Below, one piece after another: positions 25,601 to 39,400 of a DNA stretch of 64,000 bases; position 1 is the first letter of the stretch; every line of letters begins with the position of its first letter. The position numbers were made by a program, and so were the translations under genes. Below the pieces are notes generated by a model that did not search any database, was not told where the DNA came from, and worked only from the letters and a program-made list of their open reading frames with translations. Location: the NCBI GenBank assembly GCA_050084985.1, contig JBITNC010000001.1, positions 98,208,001 through 98,272,000 on the forward strand. The letters run 5' to 3'. This DNA comes from Nageia nagi. Lineage: Eukaryota; Plantae; Pinophyta.

Positions 25601-28403
25601 TTGATTTTTTTTTCTTGTATACTTGGATGATATACTTGTGTATAGTTCTACTTGGGAGGATCATTTGATACATATTAGAAAAGTGCATCAAACTTTACAT
25701 GATGCATAATTGTATTTGAAGAAGAGTAAATGTGAGTTTGGAAAGTCGTCTTTGGTGTATCTAGGCCACATTGTTGGTGGTGGACAACTAAAGATTGATC
25801 CCAAAAAGGTAAGAGCCATTGTTGATTGGCCAAGGCCAAGTAATGTGACGGAGACAAGGAGTTTTCTTGGGGTGTCCAATATTCGAAAAAGTTTATTGTT
25901 AATTTCTCTAGCATTGCTTCACCTTTGCATGACATAACGGGTAAGACACAAAGTTTTACATGGGGAATGAAGCAACAAGATTCTTTTGATTTGCTCAAAC
26001 ACATAATTCGTAATGCACCTATTTTAGCACTCCCTAATTTGTATGCTTTAGTGCAGATTGTCAAGAAGTGGAAGCATTATCTAATGGGAAAGGAGACAAT
26101 TATCCATATTAATCATCAATCATTACAATACCTACAATCTCAATCAAAGTTACAACAAACAAGACATTAGCGATGGATGGGATTTTTGCAACAGTTTCAT
26201 TTGGCACTGAAATACAATAAGGGAAGCCAAAACAAAATTGTTGACATCTTATTCAGACCTCCTATTGCAAGAAAAGGGCTGACAGCAATCCTTCCCCTGC
26301 AGAAAATGGGCCACCATCGATCCTCGACAGGCTGACAGCAATCCTCCAACAAGAGAAATTTGCATTTTTATCAGTGATGTAGTTTTTCCCATTTGTTCAA
26401 GAGTCCTTTGAGGAGACATATTTGCAGGATTCAAACTTTGGAGAGGTGTATTAGCAGCTGAAACATTCTTCTACACCAAATTGTGAAGGTATGGAGGATT
26501 ATATATTGTTGATGGACTCCTTTACAAGTTGGGTTTGTTATGTGTTCTTGAGAATAAAAGAGTTCAGTTGATCGGAGAGGCATATACTTCAAAAATTGTT
26601 GGTCATTTTGGAGTTGGAAAAACAGTTGCAAATCTGCAAAGATATTTTTATTGACCCAAAATGCAAGACCAAGTTGCAAACTACATACGAGGATTTGTTA
26701 TGTGTTGTACCAGCAAGCCAAGCAACAGAAAATTGGGATTGTATCAGCCGCTTCCAATTCCTTATCGTCCTTGGGAAACTATCTCCATGGGATTTTGTAG
26801 ATGGGTTGCCTTTGACTAAGAAGGGTCATGATTATTTGTTTGTTGTAGTGGATCGTTTTAGCAAGATGTGTGTGTTGATTCCATGTAAGAAGACCATTAC
26901 AAGACAAAAAGTTGCAAATCTCTTCTTTACTCATGTATCAGTTCGTTTAGGTTTGCCTAATTCCATTAGTTTTGATAGGGATTCCAAATTTTTAGGCAAA
27001 TTTAAGACTTGTTTATGGGATAATACCACTTTTCATCCTCAAACGGATGGTGAAACCGAAGTGGTGAATAGAACCATTGTTCAACTTTTGAGAGGCTATT
27101 GTGGTAAGAATGCTAAACCTTGGGATGAGCATCTTGTTTACATCCAACATGCATACAATAAGGCAATTTATACTTCTACAAGTAAATCTCCATTTGATAC
27201 ACGTTTTCGTTATCTACCTCTCTCACCTTTTGATTGTGTTTTTGGGCAACAAGAAGATAAAGAAGTTTCACTTGAGAAAGATGAGAAACAAGCTAAAAAA
27301 TTTATTGACAAAATTAAGCAAGTTCACTTGAAAGTTCAAGAGCAACTTGAAGCAAGTCAAAACAAGTACAAGTTAAGACATGACAAGCATAAGATTGACC
27401 ACAAGTTTCAAGTGCGAGATCAAGTTTGGTTATATCTTAGCAAAGATAGGTTGCAAGGACCAAACAAAAAATTGAAACCAATCAAGTATGGACCATTTCA
27501 TAGTATGGTGCAAGTTGGTGAGAATACATTTAAGTTGGATTTAACTCCTTACATGAATATCTATTCGGTTATGAATGTGAAGAACTTGAAGTTATTTGAG
27601 CTATCCATGTTGGTTGAACAAGAAAATGACAATAATCAAGTTTTACCATCAATTGAAGATTTAGCACCTCACACTATGAATGCATTGCTTGAAGATTCAG
27701 TTTTCCAAAAGAAGGTTTGTACAACAAGAAATTTGGTTGATTGGATTGAAAGGACAAATGCCTAATAAAGCCAAATGGTATAACAGTACCAAAGTTGGGG
27801 AATTATTTCCTCATCTCATTCCAAATAGCTTTTTGGAAACAAAAACCCTTCTCATTAGGGAGGTGTGATTCAAACAAGGTCATTTTCGGAATTTAATTTC
27901 AAGAGTGGAAATTGTCACCATTGGTTTCCATGCTCAAAATTAGACATGTATGCAAAATTTGGTGAGCTGACTTGGCAAAAAGAGGACTGCTAGTGGTCCT
28001 TCACAGGCTGCCAACAGCCCATTCTGGGCACATGAGGACCGCCAACGGTCCATTTCTCATGGTCGTTTTCTTGGAATTTGAAGAGTCAAGGGTAGTTTGG
28101 AGGAGTGTTGTTGTTGTAGCAGTGTATTCCATATTCACACTGATTTGTAATCCCATTTGGGTCCCATAATGAAGAAGAGATGTTAAACTAGATGTACTCC
28201 TACACTGAGAGGAACTCGTATAAATTTGACTATGTTAACTTGTGTGAATGTGGATTTTGATGTTATTTTATGTTTTCTATCAATTTTACGCAATTGCACT
28301 TTAAACTTCATAATCAAATTTTCCAATAACAGAACCGTCAACAACCCTCAACGGACCACCATTTGATATTCAGAATAGAATAGCTTACGAAGTTTACAGA
28401 TCA
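22617..28403 (+). mobile_element. Full-length but decayed Ty3/gypsy LTR retrotransposon (possibly CRM-like chromovirus)
   Basis: 5' LTR 22617-23262 and 3' LTR 27866-28403; TSD CATAA/AATAA (4/5); PBS and PPT present. Order is gag (23470-24060), zinc knuckle CSHCDKDGHVEDKC, protease, RT ([20 protein letters not shown]...LDLRSGYHQ), RNase H, integrase (DFVDGLP, HPQTDGETE). Many stops and frameshifts. Confidence 0.93.
23265..23276 (+). promoter_or_regulatory. Primer-binding site (tRNA-iMet) of the gypsy element
   Basis: TGGTATCAAAGC two bases after the LTR end (CA); one mismatch to canonical TGGTATCAGAGC. Confidence 0.85.
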
Positions 28404-28950
28404 AATAATTTGATACTTGAGGACTCTTATTAGATGTTGTGAATGGCATTCATCACAAGAAGTCACGACATTTTACTATGGGTAATGAAAAAAGGAATAC
28501 TCACTTCTATATGTAGAAGAGATATGTTAGAGGGCTTGTCTTCATTATTGGAATAGCCCACTCTTGAATCTCTTATTGATTAGAACAAGTCACACCATGT
28601 GTATCTACATATTCAAAGTTGGATCATTTTGACCCTAGGTTTTTCTTTCATCTTCAGATTTTGGCATACTTCATTTTTCCTAGATAAGCATGTTTTTCAT
28701 TTGGAAAAACATATTGGTGTAGCGAATTCTAAGCATGACTCAACCCTATGCTTTAGGAACGAAGCAATTGATAGAAAGATTTTGTTATGGTTTCAACCCT
28801 AAGCATGTTTCAACACAATGCTTTAGGAATGAAGCAATTGATAGAAGACTCCTAGGAAGAATACCTATTCGTTATGGTTTATAGTAAACTCTATTGGGAT
28901 GATGAATCCTTCACCTCTCCATCAAATATTGCCATCTGTAAGTTTAACTT

Positions 28951-29322
28951 AGGGGAGGGTGTTGGATGTTAAGCTAGAGTTAGCATTAGGTCTTGTGTTT
29001 ATTAACATTTAAGTATATATCAATACTAAGGTCATATGCTTAACTTAAATTGTACATCATTGTATTGGTGATTAATCGACGGTTGAGATTATAACATGAT
29101 TTACAAAGGTTATGGTTAAGTCACATGGATCGGTAGGAGTTCTTGAACCTATTTAAAGGACACTTCCAACCAACACTATAATCACCTTGTTTATCATTTT
29201 CGCCACCCATTATTAATATGATATCCATTAGGGCTTAACTGCCTACCCTCTTATTCTTGTGCTCTTTTTTCACTTAAATCTCTTCTTTATGTGGAATGCT
29301 CAAAGTGTTTGATTCTTCAACA
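28951..29322 (+). mobile_element. PPT plus 3' LTR (28960-29322) of a truncated copia-type element
   Basis: AGGGGAGGG purine tract immediately before TGTTGGA; LTR ends TTCAACA; TATTTAAAGG TATA-like box inside. No partner LTR in the window. Confidence 0.65.
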
Positions 29323-31560
29323 ATATTGCATTATTCTTAAAGATCTAAGGCACACTTAGGTTGTGAAAGAAAATACAATCCTTCATTTGTCACACTTATC
29401 CAAAAAGTAGTGCAACAAACCAAGATCCACCATATCAAAAGCATTTTTAAACCTAGACTTCATACCTTTGATTTTTCTGGGGAATTTCCTATAAGAATCA
29501 AGTCATCCACATAGAGAACAATAATGACAACTTGTCCACCCCTCTACCACACATCTAGAGAACCTTGATTTAAGGGTAAAAGTATCCATTTTCTCATGTA
29601 ATCCCCTTGGTGCTTCAACCCATATAATGACTTCTTTAACCCACCTTCCTCATATATTGGCATTTGCTCCATGTAAATTTCCTTCAAGTCCCAGCACTCT
29701 TCACATCCATTTGGTGTACCTCCCAACCAAAACAAGAAGCCACATCTAACACAAGGTGATTAGAATCCATGTGGACCATGGGAGCAAAGGTCTCATTGCA
29801 ATCAATATCCTCCTAAGAATATCTCTTAGCTACCAATTGAGCCTTATTCTTCTTCAACTCACCCTCAAATATGTACTCTATCTTATAAACCCATTTACAC
29901 CCAACAATATTTTCTCCCTTTGGCCATGGAACCAATTACCATGTATGATTCCTTATCATTGCATCATACTTGTTCTTCATAGTCGTATCTCACTCATGTT
30001 TCCCATAAGCCTCTTTAAAAGTAGAAGGGTCCTCCCCTACCTTAATCTTTGCCATGAGTGCAAAATTTACACAAAGAACCTATCCATGAGACCTTCCTTC
30101 AACATTATGCAAGTCCAATGACTCACGTGGAGCATCCCTCAAGGTAGACCTAATCCACAAAGGCCCCAATGCTCTATCAAAAGACTCTTTTGAAACTACA
30201 TTTATTGAATCAATAGTGAGACCATGATCATCAACCCCATGCTCTCCATGATAAGCCATATCATTACCTCTATCACTATGAGAATCACCATTCCCATCAT
30301 CCAAGTGAATAACACCATCTCCAACATCATCCTAAGAACCAACACTCTCACCATCCAAGTGAAGACCACCATTATCTCCATATTCAAAATCAAGATCCCT
30401 CTCATGTTCATCACCATGCCCACCATGAAGTCTACCACGTACACCATGATAAAAATCATCAGAAGGAGGTTACCTAGAATATGACGAGTACTCCACACCA
30501 AGAAGCTCCAACAAAGTTGAAGAATCTGCATGAGTAGGAAGGGTTCCCTCATCAAACCTCACATCCCTACTCTCAACAATCCTACATGTCGCTAGATCCC
30601 AAAAGCCTATATCCCTTAGATACCTCAATATACCCCATGAAGATGTTCTTATTACTCTTTAGTTGTAATTTGGTTCTCCTTTCATCCAGAATATGTACCC
30701 AAGCATTATAAGCAAATACTCGAGTCTCAAGTGATCCACTCTTGACTTGATCCCTAGTAGGTAAGCAATTCTGTATATAGAAAGTATGTAACCACCTCAC
30801 TCCACAATCTCAAATCGGTATTGCCTTCATGAAGCATACATCTAGCCATTTGAATAAGAACCCTATCTTCCTCTTGACTAACATGTTTTGTTGTGGAGTA
30901 CAGGACATGGTACTCTGCTAAACAATGCCATGTTGCTGACAAGAGGAATCAAAATCATTATTCATATATTCTTCCCATTATCAGTCTTCAAAACCTTAAT
31001 GAATCTATCACGTTGCTTCTCTAACATAGCCTTTAGCATTTTAAAATGCTCCAAAACATCATTCTTAAATTTCAAAAAGTAAACTCATACCTTTCGACAA
31101 TAATCATCAATGAAAGAGAGAATGTATCTAGATCCACCAAGTTAAATTTCAAAAAGTAAACTCATACCTTTCGACAATAATCATCAATGAAAGAGAGAAT
31201 GTATCTAGATCCACCAGGCGAAACCACACTCATAGTACCACACAAATACAAATGAATCAACTCCAACAAAGAAGAAGCCCTATGTGTTTCCAAATTTGAA
31301 ATGTATCCCTATCATGTTTGCCAAGCATACAACCCTCACAAACACCATTACAAGGAGAAAGGGATAAAGGCATACGTTTCAAAAATCTCTTTGGGCTCAT
31401 GAAACAAATTTATCCACAATTCAAGTGTCCAACCTTCAAACACCATAACTTGCTCACATCATCTATCTTGGCAAGCAATGCATGAAAACCCTTTGTTGGA
31501 TTTTGTTTCCAATGAATTTATCAAGCTTAAATAGCTTCAATGAATCAACAACTCTAATAG
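29323..31560 (-). mobile_element. Decayed Ty1/copia pol fragment (GAG-pre-integrase, integrase, RT)
   Basis: Minus-strand motifs: SKLW..KVGHLN, RYILSFIDDY, VLIQMARCML, WVHILDERRTKL..KSNKNIFMGY, LVPRPKGENIVGCKWVYKI, KKSLYGLK, IIVLYVDDLIL. Confidence 0.88.
31065..31216. repeat. Exact 75-bp direct duplication (period 77) inside copia integrase
   Basis: TTAAATTTCAAAAAGTAAACTC...TAGATCCACCA at 31065 and 31142. Confidence 0.95.
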
Positions 31561-31759
31561 CAATGACCCTTCAATTTCTCCTTGATGGAATCTCCTAATG
31601 TCTCTAATACCATGCACAATTATGTAATATTCTTGAGAAATCTAACACCTTGAGCATTCCACACAAAGAAGAGATTAAAGCAAATAAAGAGCACAAGAAT
31701 TTGTGGCAAATGGTTAAGCCCTAAAGGATATCACAATAATAATGGGTGATCAATATGAT

Positions 31760-32160
31760 CCGTAAGATGTGATGTTTGGGCTCATGTTTTGGATGAAAAA
31801 AGAGCCAAGCTTGAAAAAAGTGTGCACAATGCATCTTTTTGGGTTATAATAAGGGCATCCTATCTTCACCACATCCTATCTTCTAGTGGATAGTCAACAT
31901 TTTGACAATAATGATTACACCCTTCTCACATTGAAGGGGATGGTCAAGAGGATCATGCTCCATGCCTTTACAATAACTCCAATTGTCATGATATTTGTGA
32001 TGATGATTAATCAAAAACTATTGATGATTTCAACAAGCAAATCCCATCTTGGTCCAATGAGTATCAAGAAAAGACTAGTATGCCCTATTGGGGCCTTCTC
32101 AACTTTTGGGATACTTACAATCCTCAAAAGATTATTGTCAACGGAAATACTTTCAATGTC
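31760..32160 (+). mobile_element. Small plus-strand copia fragment
   Basis: AHVLDEKRAKLEK and CIFLGY motifs (copia post-integrase SH3-like region), heavily deleted. Confidence 0.5.
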
Positions 32161-33324
32161 ATAAAATTTCTAACAAATATGCGTATGACAACATAATATT
32201 TATTTCACTTTTTTGGATCCATAGAATACAACTCCACACAAGCCACACTGTACAATCAACTTGTCAAGTATATATCCAAGGTACAAATATATCAAATAAA
32301 TTAAATACATGTATCTGGCAAATGCTAATAGATCTCAAATTAAGATACATGTTGAATTATTAAACACTTGATGAGAAACCTAATAATCGCATTCATATTT
32401 TGATTTGATTAGAAGAATGTTATATATGTCAACCTCATCACGTTATATGTTTTAGGGACCCATCGTTTTGACCTCATTGGGCATGTTCCTTATCCCTTCT
32501 GCACCTGTGTTTGTGTGTCTGTCTATATATAGACACACATATATTAATAACATATGACTATATATATGTGCGTATATATATATATGTGGGTGCATGTATC
32601 CATAAGTTTACATGACCTCATAAAGTATGTTTATAGACACACAATGATGGACAGCTGAATGAACTTTATCACAATGAATTCAACTAAACCATATAGTTGT
32701 GTTATTTTAAATATACGCATGATATTACGATTCTTCACCCACTGCTAACCCACCATTGTAGGTTATGCTTTGGTAAATTTCATTGGTCCTTAATTTGTCA
32801 GTGTCAAGTCAAGTGGTATGTTGCACATTGGTTACATACAGGAAAATAGAGGCACAAAATAACATATCCAAGATTCATTTGAAAAGCTCACAGATTTCCA
32901 ACTACACCACCCTATAATAGTCCCTTTATGTGCACCCCAATGAAGAACAATAATTTAGTCAATTTGATCAACTATTGCACCTTCATAAATTTACGTAGAA
33001 TACAGATTTCAAGACATCTTAAAAACACTCGGGATGAAATAGGAATTCAAGTCATCTGAAGCTTTAAATTTTGTCCTTATGGTTTATTCTCTTGGTTTGA
33101 AATTATGCATCTAATGCATGACTAAGAAAACTAGGTTGTTGTCTGGAAGCTTTATTCCGGTTCTCATGTCCCATAAAAAGTCGACTCTTTTTTTACATTG
33201 GTAAGAATAATGTCTAAAGGAAAGAACAGAACATACAGATTTCATGCTTCAACGCCTTAACCTGTTATTATATATTTTCATTTTCTCTGAAAAAAAACAT
33301 TAAGTATAATTCATCAATGGTTAC

Positions 33325-33451
33325 CTCAAAAGATTCATCTTTTCCAGCTACAAGGGGATCCTTCTCTCTTGATTGCAACTTGGTCAAAATAACAGACTCC
33401 ATATTTTTTACATCACCAAGAGCTGCACGCACAAAATCTGCAGCTAGAATG
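33325..33451 (-). CDS. VPS54: VPS54 exon 4
   Basis: TTTTGCAG acceptor, (S)ILAADFVRAALGDVKNMESVILTKLQ...ESFE, GTAACC donor; 127 nt restores phase 0. Confidence 0.9.
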
Positions 33452-34391
33452 CTGCAAAACATCACAAATAGTGAGCAGTCAAAGATTAAGCCTGGTCAAT
33501 GTAACTAAAGTAGGTCCAGTTCTAGAGCAAGTGAAACACATGAACTACAATAAACGCATTTACATAGGTAATCTACAAAAAATTAGTACATTTTTCCAAT
33601 AATAATGACAAAGCATCTTCAAAATAAAGAACTTTGATTTCAAATTATTAACAATAAAGATCAAAGAAAACCAAATTTTGGATTTGGATAAGGAGGCAAA
33701 ATAATGAAACTAAACAACTGCAGAGGATATTGCAAAAAGAAATGCACTTTATAGAAATTCCGGCCAAGTTGCTTGCAGAGTTGAAATCATCTTAGAATTT
33801 CATGCTCCAAATAAGCCAAGAATATTGCACAATCTAGGAGAAAACATTTACACTTTCATGTACAATCCAAATATGCAAGATGCCTTAATCATATGTTTAT
33901 GCATGACACTTACTAAATGCTAAAACTAATCTACTGTTTAACCATTCATGAGTCAAAATGGTAATATATAGTGATTCAGAGTTAGAATCCAAAAATTTAA
34001 ATTGAAGAATTATGTACCTTACTAAAGGGTTAAATATACCTGGAGATCAGCGCATGAATTGACATATCAGAAATGTATTTATAACATTGTTTAATTTGAG
34101 AAAAAAATAGCAGATAATTTAAGATTTAATTTTGTCTACGCACGGGGAAAAAATAAAACTTTATATTGCATTCCTTATATGTTCTTTTTCATAGAGTTTT
34201 GTGCAATTATTTGATGATTATCATTTTATTTATACTTGATTTGGGGGATTAATCCCTAAAAAGTATAATTTGATGAATTGAATACCTCAAGTTATTCAGG
34301 CTCCTGCATTTGAACCTTTGGATTTAATGAAAATAAGGTTAGGGCAACAAATACTAGAAAAATTGATGCTCCAATCCTGTCGAAGTGAGGG

Positions 34392-34868
34392 TTGGTGCGG
34401 AGAATCGAGCATAGGGAGCAACACCCTCATAAAGAAGACTATTGGAAATTCCCTCCAATCGGATGGCTGGCTATTAATTTTGATGGCTCTTTGAAAGGTA
34501 ACGCTGGTCCGGCGGGAGCAACAATAGTGATCAAAGACCATTTGGGAAGGATAAGGATGTTAGTTGTTAAACCATTAGGGCATCATACGAGTCACTTTGC
34601 AGAGGCTAGAGCAGCATTCATTAGCCTTTCCATTATTAGCAGATGTGATTGCGCCAACTGGGTCATCACGGACTATTCTCTGAATGTAATCAATTTGCTA
34701 AAGGGCAACTCTCCACCGGGGTGGGACATTAGTAATATGATGGAGGATTCAAGGCATATCATAGACAATGTAGAGCAGATCAGTATACTCCATGACTATC
34801 GAAAAGTTAATCACCTAGCAGATCGGTTAGCGGACGAGGTGGTGAACTTGGAGGAACGAAAAGTCTAG
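34392..34868 (+). pseudogene. Plant L1-type RNase H domain (RVT_3-like), 3' end of LINE ORF2
   Basis: WKFPPIGWLAINFDGSLKGNAGPAG..IVIKDHLG...AEARA...D.SLNVINLL...HDYRKVNHLADRLA, the characteristic D-E-D-D RNase H pattern. Confidence 0.9.
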
Positions 34869-35603
34869 GAAGCTGATTTCCCGAACCAATATCAGCTACT
34901 CGCAAAGGGAAGACCGGGATGAAGCCAACAAAAGAAGTTAGCAAGAGCCACACTCTCGGGTGGCCGCCAAATTTGAATTTCAAATTTTGGAGGGTGATAG
35001 TGGGTAGGAAGCCTTGGACTAGGTGGCTGAGTTAGGGTGAGCTGGAAACCAAGTGCCAAGTGCAAGTGAGCTAGAAGAGGGAGGCCTAATGGAGAAAAGG
35101 TTCCTTGGTTGATAGTTTCCTTTTAAGTCACATGATTACCGGGTAGGTGAGGTGGATTGTGTGTCAGTATAGGCCAGTTGATAGTCTGAGGTGGATAGGC
35201 GAGCTCCCTCACAGTTCTAAAAGTGCCCGGACAACTTACACAATAGAGAGGAGGAGGAGGTTACATCAACAGATTTGGAGGAGGAAAAAGCAGATGTTTG
35301 TCTTTTCCAAGGCTAGGAAGGACATGAACCCCCATGACATCATTGACCTCCCAATCTAGTAAGTGTTAGTCAAAGTGGCAAGGTGGAAAGCTGAGATGAG
35401 GGGGAACACACGCGGAAACCATCCAATCAAGGAAGATGTCATCGCGTACGGGGTGGCACTTACTTCTGTAGTCACTTCAACACGTTCAAGCCAAGCGAAC
35501 AAGGTTTTTCGAGGAGCTTCAGGCTCGAGGTGATAGTGTGTGGGGTTATTTGATCAAAGAGATGGTCAAAGGCATGCAACAAAAGAATAGGAGGCCAAAT
35601 GCC

Positions 35604-36430
35604 ATGGCACCGAAAGGAAAGGTGGATGCAAACAAACTAGAACCTCGTTTGGAGCCTCACAAGCTCGATGTCTCTCCCATAGTGAGAACTATTCTGGAAT
35701 TGGGGGGGTTGCTTAACTTCCTAGAGAAGTTGGAAGGCCACAATGAAGACATTTACAGGCAATTCCTAGAGAGTTGGAAAGGAGGGACGGTTAAGCTTTT
35801 CAGCATAGACTTCTAGGTGAACCAGAAGCTATTGGTTGAGGTCATAAGGCTATCAGTGATAAGAAAAACGTTGAGGAGAGACAACCACATCCTGAAGACT
35901 GAACTTCCCAAATTCTGTAAAGGAGGCCTAGAGCTACAGGAGAGAAACATGGCATGGTTGCTCGTTTGTCCCTCCCAAAGCTGTGGCCGGAAGTGACATT
36001 AGTCATCATGTAGTTTATAACTCTAGACACCACCGATCTATGGGCAAGGAGCTTTCCTGAATCATCTTAAAGGATCGAAGATGAACGTTTCAGCCTTCTT
36101 GTACGTGGAATTGGACAAAGTGGCCGAGCATTATCAGAAGAGTAATGGGAATGAGGTGTACCATCAGGGGTTAATCCTCATGGTGTTCACATTAATTATT
36201 GGGCAAATGGGTATTATTGATAGCTTCAAATGGGCTAGGTCGGAGGCACCTTCGGCCTCAGCTAGCAAGGAGGAAAGACAGCTCGCATCGTCGGAGAAGA
36301 AGCGAAGAATCAAATTTGAAGACGAAGACTAGCATCTTGCACGTATCGATGGGAGTGGAAGGAGATCCCTACTGTGGAAAGACAAGAGGGTGCCTTTGTA
36401 CGTGGAAAAGTCGGACTCGAAGGCCACTCT
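35604..36430 (+). pseudogene. Extra LINE 3' ORF, copy A (continues at ~43184-43510 after the copia)
   Basis: GCCATGG start; MAPKGK...FLEKLEGHNEDIYRQFLESWKGG...LPKLWPEV..IM*FITLD...FLNHL..MNVSAFLYVELDK..YQK....HQGLILMV. Homologous to 49934-50828. Confidence 0.7.
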
Positions 36431-39400
36431 TGTTAGAATTTGTAATGTAATATTACTCCATTCACTTAATACTTAAAGTATCATTAGATACTTTAAAGTA
36501 TTAAAAGAATAAAAATAAGTGAAAGATTAAAAATAGGTATAAGTTTAAAAATAGGTAAAGGATTAAAAATAGAAAAGGGATTAATTATAGAGTGGGTTTC
36601 TTCTTATAAAAATAGAAGAACCGTCCCCTTCTCTAGTTACACAATTGTAATGCAAGCTTTGCTATAGGTTTAGAGTGTGAGAGAGAGAAGAGATTTTGTA
36701 AGAAAGGTCCTTGAGAATAAAAAGATCTTAGTTAGTGGATGTACTCCCAAGGAGGTAAGAACCACTTTATATCTTGTGTTATTTGTGTGATTGGCTTTAG
36801 TTATTGTGCTATTGTGTTGATGTTGAAAGTGCCTTCTTGAGATCTTGAGTGATTAAAAGTTAATTCAGAAAGATCTTGGGTGATTATTGTGTTGATGTTG
36901 AAAGTATACCCCCCATTCCTTTAATTTTTTTTTTTGAAAAAAAAATCAAAAAGTAAAAAAAAACAATAAGTTTTTATTATTATTATTATTATTATATATA
37001 TATAAAGCTCCTTTTTTAAGTTACCTATTTTAAATAAGGTATATTTTTTTTTAAAGTTCCTTTTTATAAGGTATATAAAAGAAAAGGCAAAAGTTTTTTT
37101 AAAGTAATCTTTTTGTTTAAAAGAGGGGGAGATTTTTTTTTTTTGCCTTCATAAAATTGGGGGAGTTCCTATTTTTAGTTTTAAAGGAAGGAAATCCTGT
37201 TGGATTTAAAAGTTTTTTAAAAGAATGTTTTTTTAGGCTAATTTTATAAGCACGTTTATTTAGCCTAAAATTTCTTTATTTGCTAATTTTACCTTAAGTG
37301 CAAATGATTTTAAGTTTTTTTTAGCATGTCTTTAAGATAAAAAGTGGGGAATTAATTAATCATGTATAGATTAATGTTATGCATAGGTTAATGTTAATTT
37401 TATGCATAGGTTAAGGTTAATTAATTATGCATGGGTTAATGTTAATTATGTTTGAATTAATGTATGCATGAATTAATGTTATTTTATCTTAATGCATGTT
37501 TGACATGTAATGAGATAAAAATTTTAAATACATGTTTTAATTTTTTGTCCTAGTGCATATTTTTGGTAAGTGGATAAAATTTTTGCATAGTTTAATTTTT
37601 TGTCCTAGTGCATATTTTTGCTAAGTGGATAAAATTTTTAAAAATGCATGATCTAATATTTTGTCTTAATACATGTGGTTGGATAAAAGTTCACTTAAAT
37701 ACTTGCTTATGAATGCTATGTTAATTTGCAAATAAGGAATTATTTTAAGTCCATTTTTTAAGTAACAAGAGGGAAAATTCTTCATTTTTTATAATGAACC
37801 TTTGTAAAGAGTTCCATTAGGGGTTGTAACAAAACCCATTGGACTCTTAGGCTCATTTATGGTTACTTAAAATTAATGAACCTTGTGTAAAGAGATCCAT
37901 TAGGGGTTGTAACAAAATCCATTGGACTCTTTGGTTCATACTTATGGATAATGTGGGATGTAGTTTCATTTCTCAAAGCACTTTATTTTTTTTGCACTTT
38001 TACTTTATATGCAAAGTACGCAAACATTGAAAATTGCTTCCCCCTAAAATGAACACATTTGCACGTTTTTTCTGCAACATGACTTGTTTGGGCAGCCATG
38101 AGGTGAGGATAAAGCAGACTGGAGTCTTTTAATCTAACGATCCAAGTGGTGAAAAGTTTGTACTTCTTAATTGCCCCTAAGTCCTCTATTAATCTGGACT
38201 TAACTCCATACAAGTGGACAAGCATGTGTAGTGATACCACATGTTAATTTGGCTAATCCAACATACATCACAACCTTGGAAAATAGCTCGTACTTCTCCT
38301 TATGAAAGTATATCGTTGCCCAAGGAGAATTGGTTGAGGATTGGTAGGGCCTAGGCTCCTTGAGGGCATCCAAATGAAGGGCTAATTTATAAGAAAACAA
38401 CCTCAAATATTCTCTCCCTCGGGTGATATTGAGTAATGATAAAATGTTGGATATTTGGATATTTGTTTATGCATATGTTGATTATCTTTGCTCATGTAAA
38501 GATTAAGTTTGCAATAATGATGCAAATGTTTTATGATCATTTTTTTAATGGATTGTGATGAAAATATGCACATTAGTTTATATAATTGTGAATTTTCTTT
38601 TGTATCCTTGGTTAGATAAAATCTCTTGCTAAATAATGATAGTACACTTGTTGATATCCACAGTTGCAAATTTTTTGATGGAATAGTTAAAAGGTTCGCC
38701 CTTCTCCATGGTTACAAATTTTATGGAGTAGTTAAAAGATTCGCCTTTCTCCATGGTTGCAAATTTTGATGGAGTAGTTAGAAGGTTTTCCCTTCTCCAT
38801 AATTGAAAAGGTTTGCCTTATGCCACTTTACTTCCACTAGTAGAAAATTTATCCATTATGGATAAATACCAATTTACTTCTATTATTGGGAAGTGTATTT
38901 ATGCATTGATGGAGGTTGAATCCTTGTTATGGATTCATGCTACCTTCATCCATCAGTTGCATCTTGACTAGTAGCATGGTCAAGTTGGCTTTTTTATGTT
39001 TTGTACGTCTCTATAGAGAAGTTGACTTATGGCTTTCGATAGTTAAGATGTCATGGTCAAGTAAATTTTATCTTGTGGCATGGTAAATAAGGCATTTGTT
39101 TGAAGGTTTTCGTATAGCTTCTAATCTTGTGATCAAAATGCCTTAGTGATTGATTTGTATATTTGAAACTTCCCTCATGAATGGTGCATTAGTTGTTAGG
39201 GACAACGAAATGACTAGGAGTTTGGAAGTTGGTAAAGGTAATTCGTTTAACATTTCTAAAAGTATGAGTAACCATTTTTTAGATAAACAATTTCTTATGA
39301 TAGCCTATATACTTGAGGAAGATAAGGCAACAACTGCAACTAAACCTTTTTTCAGCTTGTGCATTCATTTTTGATGGGTTTGTTTCTGACTAAGTCGTTT

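Noticed and set aside
30080-30555. M/I/T/H-rich ORFs
   Set aside because: Alternative frames of the low-complexity linker between copia integrase and RT.
37370-38800. Short regularly spaced repeats, superficially CRISPR-like
   Set aside because: Eukaryotic context, tandem units without unique spacers, no cas genes.
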